From a virus, in IMG/VR virus record IMGVR_UViG_3300050821_001994, positions 3,834 to 67,833 of that record: DNA of 64,000 nt. One strand, 5' to 3'. The position numbers and the translations under genes are program-made. Under the pieces are notes generated by a model. The model had not been told where the DNA came from, ran no database searches, and saw only the letters and a list, made by a program, of their open reading frames with translations. Positions 38,529 through 49,463 of this stretch are shown here, one piece after another (position 1 is the first letter of the stretch; each line of letters opens with the position of its first letter).

Positions 38529-39338
38529 TCAACTCCGAACTTGCAGGTTAAAAACGGCGGATTCGGGGAGAACGAACAGGCCGCGCCTAATCGCTTCTTG
38601 GCGTATCTCTTCGTCTGAGAACTTCGTAATGATCTTTCTTGGGCGCTGGTTATCACTCTGCTCCTTGGCCGTCGCCCATCGCACGTTTCCGGGCTCATAG
38701 TTGCCGTTATTGTTAATCCGGTCAAAAGTCCGGTCGGGTGGTTTCGGGCCTATTTCGTTTTCTACGTCTGTACGGAAAACAATAAAGGAATCCCGCCACT
38801 TTTTGCACATTACGATACCGCGACCGCCGTAATTTTCGTAGCTAATTTGATTGCCGTTTGTGGTGCGAGTTTTGATCCCATACCAAGTGGAGTAAAGAGG
38901 GTGCTTAGACCACCCCCGATGCTTGCCACAGTTTTTTATCGCTCCTGACCGAACTCGACTAATAACGCATAGCCGTTCATTACCACACTCGCATCGAAAC
39001 CACCAGCGAGACACAAGCTCCATCCGCTTCCCGTGTTTAAGCCAAATCGACTCCCCACGACGGATTGCGGTCAGATTATGGAAACGACGCCCTGTATAAT
39101 CCTTGTACTTTCCGAGATTGATTAGTCTTTTATTTTCTATTGCCAAGCATCCGCAGCTTTTCGTAACACCGCCAACAATCTGCCCACGGGCTACTAAACA
39201 CTCGTTTCCGCAAGAACAGAGACACCGCCATTGACGGACTTTTTCTTTTCGGCTGCCACGAAGTATAGTACCTCCCACTCCCAAAACTGTAAGCCTACCG
39301 AATATGCTTCCGGTTAGGTCTTTCCGTATAGTACCCAT
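38529..39338 (-). CDS. HNH-type homing endonuclease (antisense)
   Basis: DLTGSIFGRLTV, YGGRGI, FDRINNNGNYEPGNVRWAT. Confidence 0.88.
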   Translation of the reverse strand: MGTIRKDLTGSIFGRLTVLGVGGTILRGSRKEKVRQWRCLCSCGNECLVARGQIVGGVTKSCGCLAIENKRLINLGKYKDYTGRRFHNLTAIRRGESIWLKHGKRMELVSRWWFRCECGNERLCVISRVRSGAIKNCGKHRGWSKHPLYSTWYGIKTRTTNGNQISYENYGGRGIVMCKKWRDSFIVFRTDVENEIGPKPPDRTFDRINNNGNYEPGNVRWATAKEQSDNQRPRKIITKFSDEEIRQEAIRRGLFVLPESAVFNLQVRS

Positions 39339-39374
39339 TAGATCAGTATAGATTATTACGAGGAATTTGTCAAA

Positions 39375-40430
39375 GTGGCAACTCCAAATTTACAACTCGA
39401 AGGTGGCAATTTTCAGAATGCTTCTGGAGCCGTAATCGCTGGCGGAAAATTGTTGCTAACAATTTCGCACGACGAAAGTTATGCCAGCGGCCCCTCACAA
39501 ATAGTTGGCGGGCAGAAATTTACTGTAACACTCGACAACAACGGAAACATTCCGGTTAGTCCGGCCTTCAAAGTGTACGATAATGCGGACCTCCTACCTA
39601 GCGGGAGCTTTTATATTGTCCGCTTGTTCGATTCTACCGGGGCAGAAGTTTGGGCCAGCCCGCAATACTGGACATTGCTAGCAAGCCCGAATCCTATAGA
39701 CGTGGGAACGATTGTGCCTACGAACCCACCGGGCTCTGGGCTTAACTCGGGCGGGGCGACTCTACTTCTACAAACCAACGAAGTAAATAACGGTAGCCAG
39801 TCTCTTCTCGATCTGCACGCAGGAACCAACATAACGCTAACGGACAATGGTTCTGGCCGTGTGACGATTGCCTCTACGGGTGGTCCGACATTCAACACTA
39901 CAGGACAGGGGTACTTCTTCGGGCCGGGAATCTTTGAACCAATCTCTGTCGTCACTCGCACCACAGGCGCGAGTTGGGTGGCGGCTCCTAATACGGTTTA
40001 CGTAATTCAGTTCACTATGCACGTTAGCTTCCAAGTAAGTAAGGTTTCGATCAACGTCATTGGGAATGCAATCGGGAAACACGCGGGCTTCGGAATCTAT
40101 TCGGCGGACGGGAACACGAAGTATGTGGATTCAGGAGCGATGAGCGTCGGGAGTATAGCTATTGTCACGTCCTCGATTTCGCCCGTTACACTCTCGCCCG
40201 GAACATATTTTTGGGCACAGACATCGGACGGATCAACCGCACAAATCAATATTTCTACGTCGGCTGGCACGAACGATGTGGCACTGATGAACGCCAACGC
40301 ATCCTTCCCGCGATATGCTTTGGCCGCTAACGCCTCGGCTGCCGGAGTCTTGCCCGCTACGTTAGGGGCCTTGACTGCTGCGTCCGGAGTAACCCTTTTC
40401 GATACCGCCTTAGTGATGATGGAGCCGTAA
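39375..40430 (+). CDS. Fibre-like virion protein
   Basis: C-terminus similar to 13451-14524 (VTLSPGTY, GVLPATLGAL..EP). Confidence 0.6.
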   Translation: MATPNLQLEGGNFQNASGAVIAGGKLLLTISHDESYASGPSQIVGGQKFTVTLDNNGNIPVSPAFKVYDNADLLPSGSFYIVRLFDSTGAEVWASPQYWTLLASPNPIDVGTIVPTNPPGSGLNSGGATLLLQTNEVNNGSQSLLDLHAGTNITLTDNGSGRVTIASTGGPTFNTTGQGYFFGPGIFEPISVVTRTTGASWVAAPNTVYVIQFTMHVSFQVSKVSINVIGNAIGKHAGFGIYSADGNTKYVDSGAMSVGSIAIVTSSISPVTLSPGTYFWAQTSDGSTAQINISTSAGTNDVALMNANASFPRYALAANASAAGVLPATLGALTAASGVTLFDTALVMMEP

Positions 40431-40726
40431 TGCAACCCACCTTCTTAACCATACTAAAACAATACCTCGATACTCTCCAATGGCCTGTGATTGCTATCAT
40501 GGGAATCACAGGTGCTTGGAAAGCACGAGGTATTTGGCAAGATTATTGTTTGCGGGCAGACCGCGCCGAAGCCCGTGATATCAAGACAGCAGAGACTATC
40601 GAGCTTCTGGCTACCAACCATATACCACACTTGCAGATGGCTATAGAGACAAACACAGCGGCAGTCAAGGAAATGCAGGGTGATATCAAACTGGCTATTG
40701 CGACTCGCCCGCATCACGGGGATTAG
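40430..40726 (+). CDS. Membrane protein, holin-like
   Basis: One TM segment plus coiled coil with NHIPH. Confidence 0.45.
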   Translation: MQPTFLTILKQYLDTLQWPVIAIMGITGAWKARGIWQDYCLRADRAEARDIKTAETIELLATNHIPHLQMAIETNTAAVKEMQGDIKLAIATRPHHGD

Positions 40727-40908
40727 TACGGTATATCGCACTCGGGCAGCGGCTCATCATCGTCACAACTCATAACGGTTGCGGATACTGAATCAAAATT
40801 GGGATAGTTGGCTACTTCTTGCGTAGCCTTATCTCGGGCTTCCTGTTCGTTTTCAGCATCGACCGTGACGCAGGTTTCTGCTTCGACAAGAACGAAATAG
40901 CTTTTCAT
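40723..40908 (-). CDS. Small hypothetical protein
   Basis: GGAGGA RBS; VDAENEQEARDKA. Confidence 0.55.
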   Translation of the reverse strand: MKSYFVLVEAETCVTVDAENEQEARDKATQEVANYPNFDSVSATVMSCDDDEPLPECDIPY

Positions 40909-41429
40909 TTAGTCCTCCAAGATCGTATCAACTTTCCTATTTGCATCCATTCCTCGTAGGTAAAATGGTCGTTCTTTGAGTAATTGCACCGTCTACAAGC
41001 AATTACTATATTTTCCAATTCGTAGGGCTTGCTGTTATCTTTTCTGTCCAAATTTGTTGCGGTTCCACCTTGCCCTTTTATTCTGTATTCAGGCCAGAAA
41101 ATATCCTCGCCGCAATAATGGCATTCTTTTGTCTTGGTGAATTCGACAAACTGTTCGTAGGTGATAAGAACAGGGTAACGAGCCCGTTGAACCAGAGAAT
41201 TATAATTAGATTCAAAAGGTCTTTTGCGGCGGTAGGGACGCGGGCCTTTGTGTCCACACATCCTACAACGCTTGCTTCTATGATACAGGGCTTGGGATAA
41301 ACATTTGAACTTGCGCCCACAATTGCACCGAACATTCCAATACAACCGACCTCTTTCATACCCCGCACGGCTCAACACCAATCTAGCACCGAACCTCTGC
41401 CCAGATAAATCAGGAGTTCTTCTTGGCAT
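40905..41429 (-). CDS. HNH endonuclease
   Basis: CHYCG..LDRKDNSKPYELENIVIACRRCN. Confidence 0.85.
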   Translation of the reverse strand: MPRRTPDLSGQRFGARLVLSRAGYERGRLYWNVRCNCGRKFKCLSQALYHRSKRCRMCGHKGPRPYRRKRPFESNYNSLVQRARYPVLITYEQFVEFTKTKECHYCGEDIFWPEYRIKGQGGTATNLDRKDNSKPYELENIVIACRRCNYSKNDHFTYEEWMQIGKLIRSWRTK

Positions 41430-41898
41430 CCTCTTCTATTTCTTTCTGAAGGAGAGCAAGACTTCGCCACACAGCCTTCGCCATGTGACGAAGCCCGTCT
41501 TTATCCCGAGTCCCTCGGGCCATGAAGTGCCTCATCATGGTATCTGCTTCGTCTTTTGACTTATCCCGATCCCAATGTACGGGCTGGCCGGGATTGTGCT
41601 GTTCGTTTCCCGTATAGGATACGAGCGAAACTTCGGCTACGGCGTCCGGGAAGTAGTCAAGGAAGCCCGTGGCAATTGGATACTTCTTTCTTTCCTTTGG
41701 ATCATCGGGCAAGATTGATACCCGGCTAGGTGCTCCCCCAATTCCCACCATCTGATGCCCACGCATTCCCCGCCTTACTTCCTGCGAGTTAACTTCCCTA
41801 ACTTCTAGAGCCTTCTTTGCATCTTCTGCGGTTTCAAAACCGTTCCCACCCGACGTAGCGGCAAACTCAACAATCTTGTCTTCGATCACGTAAAACAT
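41410..41898 (-). CDS. dATP/dGTP diphosphohydrolase-domain protein (DUF5664-like)
   Basis: DYFPDAVAEVS..GNEQHNPG..W..RH..HMAKAVWR. Confidence 0.7.
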   Translation of the reverse strand: MFYVIEDKIVEFAATSGGNGFETAEDAKKALEVREVNSQEVRRGMRGHQMVGIGGAPSRVSILPDDPKERKKYPIATGFLDYFPDAVAEVSLVSYTGNEQHNPGQPVHWDRDKSKDEADTMMRHFMARGTRDKDGLRHMAKAVWRSLALLQKEIEEDAKKNS

Positions 41899-41904
41899 TT
41901 ATCC

Positions 41905-42309
41905 TCACACTAGAACTGCTTTAGTTAAGGTTGACTTGAGGTCTTCCCACGTAGAGAAGACATTGACTTCGGGCAAGTAATGGAAGATGTTCTCCTTTGG
42001 GCCGCATACGATCAGAGTCTTTCCGAGGCCCATAGCGAATCCAGACTCGTGCATACGCCCGCCCCGACAGAACGGGATTAGAGGGTCTTGGGTGAAGAGA
42101 ATCACTGCATCTGCCGCTATGATCTCGTTTAGGTCTTTCCGGGCGTGAGTCCTAAGATAATCGTCCGTTACATCGTGCAGTTTAGCGTTGCCCGCCATTT
42201 CCTCGTACGGCCAAGTAGATGTGACCTTGATTCCAAGGTTCTCTAGCTCCTGAGACTTCTCCGCTATTTCTCCCTTCCTTGAAAACCCCGCTGCTAAGTA
42301 AACCTTCAA
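41905..42309 (-). CDS. Nucleoside 2-deoxyribosyltransferase-like protein
   Basis: KVYLAA..DLNEIIAADAVI..GRMHESGFAMGLGK. Confidence 0.8.
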   Translation of the reverse strand: MKVYLAAGFSRKGEIAEKSQELENLGIKVTSTWPYEEMAGNAKLHDVTDDYLRTHARKDLNEIIAADAVILFTQDPLIPFCRGGRMHESGFAMGLGKTLIVCGPKENIFHYLPEVNVFSTWEDLKSTLTKAVLV

Positions 42310-42310
42310 A

Positions 42311-42616
42311 TTAGTCCCTCACATGTTCTACAGGCTCGTCGGACGTGGGCTTATTCCACTTTCGGGCCTTGTTTATTGCTAGCTTTTCCTCGCACACTTT
42401 CATAAGCACATCCAAACTCATTCCGGCTCGGCGGGCAGCGTCGAACACCAAGAACTGACAGTCCGCGATCTCAACCCAATCGCAACTGTCTTGAGCCTCT
42501 CTAGCTTCCTTCTCCAAATGCTTTAGTGCCCCTAGTGGACCTCGTTCGGAATCCGTACCGAAAGTCGCCTGCGACCACTCAGATTGACCGTTCCAAAACT
42601 TCTGCACTACGCTCAT
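42311..42616 (-). CDS. DUF550 (MazG-like dATP/dGTP pyrophosphohydrolase)
   Basis: WSQATFG..GPLGALKHLEKEARE..EIADC..KLAINKARKW. Confidence 0.85.
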   Translation of the reverse strand: MSVVQKFWNGQSEWSQATFGTDSERGPLGALKHLEKEAREAQDSCDWVEIADCQFLVFDAARRAGMSLDVLMKVCEEKLAINKARKWNKPTSDEPVEHVRD

Positions 42617-42773
42617 TCCGCTCCTTTCGGCACTGCCGGAAGCCCGTACTGATGTTCCTTCTCTCGGGCAATCATCAAATCTCGAAACTTCTCTGCTCGC
42701 CCGTCTCCCGAGCGATCTCCTGTACCGACATTTCGTGCCTCGTTACCCACACTTACAACCTCCGGATAATTGG

Positions 42774-43109
42774 TCATAGGGTTTCTGTTTCGGGCGTTCG
42801 GACTTCGTAGATATAGTGCCCGCCTCTTCTTGATTGAACCCAACAGAACATTTGAAACATCCTGTTGCCTTCCATCGCCGATATAAGCGATTCGTTCCCG
42901 CTCCACCCACCCGTAGATATTTCGTACCGTCTTACGGGCAAGCCTAAATCGTTTAGAGTGTCCGATTGTGTCCAGCCCCAATCTGGCATCCACCACGCCG
43001 CCCGAACGTAATCCATTAGCCCGAGCCAATCGTTACCCCACTCCCGAATAACTTTCTCCGTCTCTTCGGCGGGATACCCATAACAATCCATTAGCGGGCT
43101 TGGATTCAC
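42774..43109 (-). CDS. Hypothetical phage protein
   Basis: [20 protein letters not shown]. Confidence 0.6.
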   Translation of the reverse strand: MNPSPLMDCYGYPAEETEKVIREWGNDWLGLMDYVRAAWWMPDWGWTQSDTLNDLGLPVRRYEISTGGWSGNESLISAMEGNRMFQMFCWVQSRRGGHYIYEVRTPETETL

Positions 43110-44068
43110 TTCAACTTCTCCTGAATCTCTTTGGCGATAGCCGGGTTATCTTTCAGGTAGGCGATAGCGTTATCCCTACCTTGCCCGATACGATCTCCGC
43201 TCGCGAGCGAGTACCAGCTACCGCTCTTGACGATAAAACCAGCCGCTTCTCCGAGATCAATCAAGTCCGCTTCCCGTACAATTCCCTGCCCGTACATCAG
43301 GTCTACTTCCGCCTCACGGAAGGGGGGCCCCACCTTGTTTTTTACGCATTTGATTCGTGTACGAGCGCCTGTAACTGTTTCACCATCTTTGATCGCGGAG
43401 ATACGTCTGATGTCTAGCCTCACGCTCGCAGAGAACTTCAGAGCCTTCCCTCCGGGCGTAGTCTCCGGGTTTCCGAACATTACTCCGAGCTTCTGACGAA
43501 TCTGGTTGATGAATATCAGGCAAGTATTAGACTTATGGACAATGCCCGTTAACTTCCTGAGAGCCTGCCCCATCATCCTTGGCTGGAGACCCATGAACTG
43601 GTCCCCCATTTCTCCGTCGAGTTCCGCCTTGGGGACGAGGGCCGCTACTGAATCCACGACTACAACATCAACAGCGTTCGAGCGAACTAAAGCATCCGTG
43701 ATCTCTAGAGCCTGCTCTCCGTAGTCAGGCTGACTGACGAGCAAGTTATCAACATCGACTCCGAGCTTCTTTGCGTAGGCCGTATCGAGCGCGTGCTCGG
43801 CATCGACAAACGCCGCCATCCCTCCGGCCTTCTGAGCCTCTGCGATTACTTGCAGAGAGAGGGTGGTCTTTCCTCCGCTTTCCGGACCATAGATTTCTAC
43901 AACTCGCCCGCGAGGAAGCCCGCCAACTCCGAGCGCCAGATCGAGCTTCGGGCTGCCCGTACTGATTACCTTGACGGGCACGATTTCATTACCGCCTAAA
44001 CGGGTGATCGAGCCCTTGCCAAACTGCTTCTCGATTTTGGCTACGGCAGTGTCTAGCTCTTTGCTCAT
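43106..44068 (-). CDS. recA: RecA recombinase
   Basis: [48 protein letters not shown]. Confidence 0.97.
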   Translation of the reverse strand: MSKELDTAVAKIEKQFGKGSITRLGGNEIVPVKVISTGSPKLDLALGVGGLPRGRVVEIYGPESGGKTTLSLQVIAEAQKAGGMAAFVDAEHALDTAYAKKLGVDVDNLLVSQPDYGEQALEITDALVRSNAVDVVVVDSVAALVPKAELDGEMGDQFMGLQPRMMGQALRKLTGIVHKSNTCLIFINQIRQKLGVMFGNPETTPGGKALKFSASVRLDIRRISAIKDGETVTGARTRIKCVKNKVGPPFREAEVDLMYGQGIVREADLIDLGEAAGFIVKSGSWYSLASGDRIGQGRDNAIAYLKDNPAIAKEIQEKLK

Positions 44069-45738
44069 GCCCGCCACTTTCCATTCTTAACCGTTACAAT
44101 CGACCGCTGGCCGTTGGGGTATTGAACTACGTGGCTATGGCTCCAAGAACTCGGACCTTGGGTGTACGTCCAGTCAGGAGTCAACTTCGTGGAGGTTCCT
44201 GCAACATACAACCCGTGATAGATTCCGCAAGAGTGAGTATGAGCAGTAGTTGCTTTCACACCCATCTTACTGAGGTTATCGGGCGATCCGAAACGACCGT
44301 TGGGCCCGAGATTGCCGTGCATTCCGCACTCGACTTCTCCTACCATGTAGGATTCGTCGGGCAACAAGAACTTGATAGCTCCGGAAGCCAGTCCGGTTTC
44401 CGTAACTAACGCCCGGTCCATCAGGTTTACATTCTTAGGAAGCTTCCCCGCCCGAAGCTCGGCGTACATGAATTTCTGCAAGCTAAGGAACAACTCAGCA
44501 TTGGCCGGGTCAAAGCGGTAGTCATAGTTCAACAGCCAAGATTCGATCCACGCCCCGTCGTGATTGGAATCGGGAACAACTGTCTTGCACCACGGGCGAA
44601 GGTACTTCTCCAGCATTGCCCGCGTCTGCCGAAGCTCCTCATCGACCCGATGCAGCCCACGCAGCCAAGTATGAAACCGCTTGTGCGGTTCCGTCTTGCC
44701 TTGCAGGTGACGGTTGGTAGAAGCACCTTCCATAACATCGTGTATAAACTGATGCTTGGGCTTCAAGGTATCCAGCATGTTAAGGGAGGCTTCAACGACC
44801 GTCGTCTCCGCCATTGTTGCGTGCAAGTCTCCCCAAGTGATTGCCTGAACCGACTCGCCAGTCCTAACCTTCCCATCTTCCGCTACAACATCCAAATCCT
44901 GAATAATCCGGCCATTCTTACGGGCAGCAACTTGTCTGACCCACCAGTTGCCTTCACTATCAACTTCGACCAAGAGGAAGGAATAGCGGTGATGATGCTC
45001 TGCTTTCTGACCCGCCTTCTTCTGGATGTAGTTCAACTGCGTAGCCGCACCCGTCGTATACAGCATTTTGGCGGGCTTGTTCGAAGGCATAGCGACAGAA
45101 CGCATTTCAACTTTTGTGTGGGGGAAGATAACGCTTGAACTGCCTTTGTGTGATTCCAGTCCGGATAACGGATTCTGCTCGGTAGGCAGAATGTTCATTT
45201 CTCCGCACCACGTAAGGTTCGGAGCTAGCAGGACAGTGCTGTCCTTGATGTAGGGCTGGATTCGTTCGTCAAACCACAACTCGAACTCGTACGGCTTCTT
45301 CGTGCCCCGCTTTACCGCGAGCTTCCCGAAGCGATTCTGATTGTAGGAGAAGGTTCCAACAAATATTTCTGCATCGTAATGCTCGGCCACCGCCTTGAGA
45401 TTCTCCCAGAAGGCGTCATGTGCGTACGTATTGTTCTGCGCCGACGTTAGAACGTATCGCTTAATCTTGCCCGGAGCCGGAAGGGGTAGCTTCTCTTCCT
45501 TGGACCTAAGTTGCCCGCCAGCCAACGGCTTACCAACTCCAGCTTTGCGCTGAGTTGGGGTCAGTTTATCCGTAATGACTTCGAGCAGAGCATCGTGGGT
45601 AGGAAAGAACTTAGCCCGCTGCTTGTCTGTATACTGAGATTTCGACCGTAGATAATCGCGAGTAAGAGGCCCTTGCAACGACAGAGCAACTTCTAGAGCA
45701 TCAGAAACAATATCGTTTTTGGTCACTGAGTTGGACAT
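44065..45738 (-). CDS. Large metallophosphoesterase-like protein
   Basis: WGDLH, HD, SNHD, MHG and AHTH motifs in calcineurin-like order. Confidence 0.65.
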   Translation of the reverse strand: MSNSVTKNDIVSDALEVALSLQGPLTRDYLRSKSQYTDKQRAKFFPTHDALLEVITDKLTPTQRKAGVGKPLAGGQLRSKEEKLPLPAPGKIKRYVLTSAQNNTYAHDAFWENLKAVAEHYDAEIFVGTFSYNQNRFGKLAVKRGTKKPYEFELWFDERIQPYIKDSTVLLAPNLTWCGEMNILPTEQNPLSGLESHKGSSSVIFPHTKVEMRSVAMPSNKPAKMLYTTGAATQLNYIQKKAGQKAEHHHRYSFLLVEVDSEGNWWVRQVAARKNGRIIQDLDVVAEDGKVRTGESVQAITWGDLHATMAETTVVEASLNMLDTLKPKHQFIHDVMEGASTNRHLQGKTEPHKRFHTWLRGLHRVDEELRQTRAMLEKYLRPWCKTVVPDSNHDGAWIESWLLNYDYRFDPANAELFLSLQKFMYAELRAGKLPKNVNLMDRALVTETGLASGAIKFLLPDESYMVGEVECGMHGNLGPNGRFGSPDNLSKMGVKATTAHTHSCGIYHGLYVAGTSTKLTPDWTYTQGPSSWSHSHVVQYPNGQRSIVTVKNGKWRA

Positions 45739-45790
45739 GATTTCCCTTTCAAAATACTAGCAATAATGGGAGAGTTTGTCAACTTGACAA

Positions 45791-46501
45791 CTAGACATGC
45801 AGTACCAGATATGCGCCGAGCGCAATTCCCGCCCCTACGCCCGTAAAGAAAGTCTTGATCTTGCTCTTGCGGGCTTTGGCTTTGATCTCGTTAACTTGCG
45901 CCACACAAGCTTTCTGGCCGTCTGTGATCTCGACTTTCAGCCCTGATACTTGCCCGTTCAATCCTGACACAACTCCGTTCAACCCCGTGATCTGAGAATC
46001 CTTGTTAGAGATAACTGTCTGCTGATCTTTGACGTTCTGTTCGAGTGCGGGCAAGGATTCGAGCTTCTGAACCGTCTGTAACTCTACGGGCGGGCTAACT
46101 ACGAATCCGTTTACCGTACTATCGACACCCGCAGATACACCCAATAACACCTGATGGCGTAACGCCAATTCAGGTAGTGCCAATCCTGCATCTGTCTTCT
46201 GCTGAGTCTGGACGGCTTGATTACGGGCGGCGATGCCCGAGACTAACGTCTGATTCTGCCGGGTCAAGGTATCGAGCATTGCCTGATACTGTTGCTCGCG
46301 GGCGTCCTGCTGCTTCTGGAGTTCAGAATTCTTAGCAACCTGATCTTCGAGCACCTTCTGAGCTACCGCGTTCTTTGCGAGCGCCGTATCGTATGAGCGG
46401 TTGATCCACAGGCGGGCTGTATATCCAATCACGGCCAAGACAAAAATCACGGCCAAGATTCTTTCGTGCTCGCGAAACCATTTCAAATAAGTATCTAGCA
46501 T
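45791..46501 (-). CDS. Membrane-anchored coiled-coil protein (spanin-like)
   Basis: N- and C-terminal TM segments flanking a long coiled coil. Confidence 0.45.
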   Translation of the reverse strand: MLDTYLKWFREHERILAVIFVLAVIGYTARLWINRSYDTALAKNAVAQKVLEDQVAKNSELQKQQDAREQQYQAMLDTLTRQNQTLVSGIAARNQAVQTQQKTDAGLALPELALRHQVLLGVSAGVDSTVNGFVVSPPVELQTVQKLESLPALEQNVKDQQTVISNKDSQITGLNGVVSGLNGQVSGLKVEITDGQKACVAQVNEIKAKARKSKIKTFFTGVGAGIALGAYLVLHV

Positions 46502-46875
46502 TATTTCTCCTTCGGGGGCCCGTAAACCATGCGCTTCTTGTACTGAGCCTTACCGATCAATCCGAACCGTTCTTCTCCGAGCGCCTGAGTTGCCGGGGGA
46601 TTATCGTGGTAGTCCGCGAGAGCCCGTAAGACTTCAGATACGTTATCCGGATAGACACTTTCGATCAGACCGTAAGCCCGGTTCAGACGCCACTCTAAAA
46701 TTCCGCGAATCTTGCCTGAAGCGTGGTGGTGGTCTGTTCCTTCGCGCTTGCCGAGCAATACCTGATAGACCTTGTGATTCTTCTGGAACTCTCGGATACT
46801 GGAGTGCTCCTCGGGCGTCAGACGGAACAGAACTTTTAACCGTCTTGCCCGAGCCTTGGCGTTATAAACTACTGT
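46501..46875 (-). CDS. Endonuclease VII-like protein
   Basis: TDHHHASGKIRGILEWRLNRAYG; Zn-binding Cys residues absent. Confidence 0.6.
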   Translation of the reverse strand, partial: TVVYNAKARARRLKVLFRLTPEEHSSIREFQKNHKVYQVLLGKREGTDHHHASGKIRGILEWRLNRAYGLIESVYPDNVSEVLRALADYHDNPPATQALGEERFGLIGKAQYKKRMVYGPPKEK

Positions 46876-47494
46876 CATACCAAGCCCCAAGTATTGCCCA
46901 CGCGCAGCCCGTTAAGAATCCGTATAGAAGACACTGCGGGAACGGGGTGAACAACCCGAAAACAGTTCCGAACACAAGCGATCCGGCTAAACTCACGATC
47001 TTCCCGGTCTTCACTGCTTCCTCGCGGGCAACTTGATAGGGATCTGTAGCTGTGCGAGCACCGCCTTATACAACTCCAACTGCCGGACTAGATCACGGTT
47101 TTCGTCCGCCAAGGCTTGGCCGATAGCCTTCAACTGCTCGTTGTGAGTCCGGGCGGCGTGGTAGTTAACATTCAAGCGATCAAATTCTTTCTTGCTTGCC
47201 CAGAACATCAGTTCATCCTTTCGGGCTTCAAGATAGACTCGATCAAGCCCGCTAATTGGTGCATGTGCTCCTCGTTCAACACGGCGTTTACGGGCCTCTG
47301 AAGCACGTTATTGAGAGTGAGTTTCATGTACGTCAGTTCGGTTTCCGCACGGGCGACCTCACGCTGAGAGTCAATCGCCCGTTGAGTTAATTCGAGGTTA
47401 TTATCCCCGAGAATCTTGAAAGCCTTACGAAGCCCGTAGATATAGACAACGGACACAGTTAATAGAACGGCCAAGATTACAAGCAGGATAGGCA

Positions 47495-47932
47495 TCAGAA
47501 GTTTCCCGGAGCAACTTGGAATACCCGCAGTCCACGGGATCGGTACATATCAACTACCTGCTGCCGATCTTCGAACACGCCCGCGATATCCTTGCCGAAG
47601 ATACTAATGATGCTGTCTAGAAGTTCGGACTTAACAACATTGTCTTCCCGGTGATCCCCGGCTTTCCGCATGAACATCTCCCCCACGGGGATATGGTATT
47701 TATCCATCCACTCGTCTGTTAGTCTGCGGATATCTTCTGAGCGCCCGGTAGAATAGACTATTTCGTGGCCTTCTGCGCTCAAAGATTGGGCAACCTTAAC
47801 GACCTCTGGAATGGGGGAATCGTCCGCGCAATCAGAAAAGAAGCCCGTCCAATCTTTAGGCGTCTTCTGAATGTGGTGCAGACGGTGGGTCAGGTCTGCG
47901 AGAGTCCCGTCAATATCGAAGATATAAATCAT
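47495..47932 (-). CDS. HAD phosphatase (PseT C-terminal-like)
   Basis: FDIDGTLAD, STGR, VK, FEDRQQVVDM. Confidence 0.9.
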   Translation of the reverse strand: MIYIFDIDGTLADLTHRLHHIQKTPKDWTGFFSDCADDSPIPEVVKVAQSLSAEGHEIVYSTGRSEDIRRLTDEWMDKYHIPVGEMFMRKAGDHREDNVVKSELLDSIISIFGKDIAGVFEDRQQVVDMYRSRGLRVFQVAPGNF

Positions 47933-47934
47933 AC

Positions 47935-48126
47935 CTATCCTTTCGGTGCAGGCGACGACCAACCGCCTTGCCCGCGAACCATACGGGCTGGAGTTGCAAT
48001 AATGTTTTCCGTATCAGACCCGCACTTCTCACACGACAAACGGTTATACACTTTCGAGATCGGGCGAATGGCTTCCTGCTCGTGCTTGCACTTCTTGTTG
48101 CGACAGCGGTAGAGGTAAAGTGGCAC
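47935..48126 (-). CDS. FmdB-like zinc-ribbon protein
   Basis: MPLYLYRC..C..CEKCG..GQGGW. Confidence 0.7.
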   Translation of the reverse strand: MPLYLYRCRNKKCKHEQEAIRPISKVYNRLSCEKCGSDTENIIATPARMVRGQGGWSSPAPKG

Positions 48127-49073
48127 CGGGCAATCTCCTAGAACAAGAAATCAAACGGGGTGTTAGGAATCTTCTTAAAGAACACAACTTGCAATCGCCC
48201 GTTATCGTCCGCTTGAAGCCCTGTTTCGTACCCGAGTTTGGCTGCTGTTTGGACGTGAGCGTAAAGTTCGGAAACTTTGGCTACAGGTGTTTGTCCGGCT
48301 GTTGCATCGACGGGGTTGATTTCGTAGTGATACGGGCGAGCGACCACGCGGTTTGTAACCTCATCCGCGTAGGCTTTGCCTATCTTCTTCAGCTTGGCTA
48401 CTTCCTCTTGCAGTGACTTCAGTGTTTTCTTCATAATTCTCCTTATGCTCCATGTACATCATCAGGATCAGCACAACCGTCTGCTTGAGATTCTGCAATC
48501 TGAGTAGCAGCTTCTACAGTTACGGGCGGCTGTACGGTTTCCGGATTACGGGGACTAGGCGCGAGATAGGCATACATCAGATAATCTCGCAGACAAGTAG
48601 GTGAGCAGAACGGTCTCGGATACTGCGCGTTGGACGGGCTTCTTTCTGGCAGTATCAGGGACATAAAATTATCCCCGGCTTCTGGGAACGGGTCTTGATC
48701 GTTGAACGTAAATGACACGGGTTTATCTTGCCTGTGACGACTAGCGCAACGCGGAGACTCGCAACTGATAGTTACTTCTTTGACGATCCGGTCGTTCTCA
48801 GACAATACGAGCGACTGGCCGTTGGCTTGACGAACTATGACTTGAGCAGTAGGCATTAGGATTCCTGAATGTTGATAGTTACGGTTACGGGCGACCCTAT
48901 CTTGAACACGCCCGGTAATTCCAGATGGCTCAGAGAGGCGAGATAGTCGTTGTCCGGCATTTCTACTTCTAAGGAGGTCTTCATTTCCTCCGTCATTTTC
49001 TGAGTTACATCTTTGGGAAACTTATACCGGATGTTGTTGCCCGATACCCGACCTTTGAAAACAAATTCAGCCA

Positions 49074-49463
49074 TTACTCCTCCAAATCAAACGGTTTACT
49101 GAACTGCAACTTCCGGTCTGCGTGCCCGATATCATCGTGGCACTTCTGGCAAATACCCACGCCGTTCTCTAGACTTACTTCTCCCCCTCCTATTGCTTTA
49201 CCCTTGGGGGCTTGTTCGTGCATGTGCATGCGGGCGTACAGCGGGCCATTCTCAGTTATCCGTTTCCCGCACCACTCACACTGCCCGTTACAGCGTTGCC
49301 AGATTTGAAATCGAACCTCAGCAATTGCGTCACGCTTGGGGCAGGTAAAGAGCAGACTCGCGCCCATTGCCCGCTTCCAATCTTCCCCGTGAGTTGATCG
49401 GAAGATACGGATTACTCTCCCTTCGGGAGACCGCTCGACCCACACGGTATTACGGGCGTTCAC
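49074..49463 (-). CDS. HNH endonuclease-like protein
   Basis: CEWCG..HMHE..GG..ENGVGICQKCH. Confidence 0.7.
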   Translation of the reverse strand: MNARNTVWVERSPEGRVIRIFRSTHGEDWKRAMGASLLFTCPKRDAIAEVRFQIWQRCNGQCEWCGKRITENGPLYARMHMHEQAPKGKAIGGGEVSLENGVGICQKCHDDIGHADRKLQFSKPFDLEE

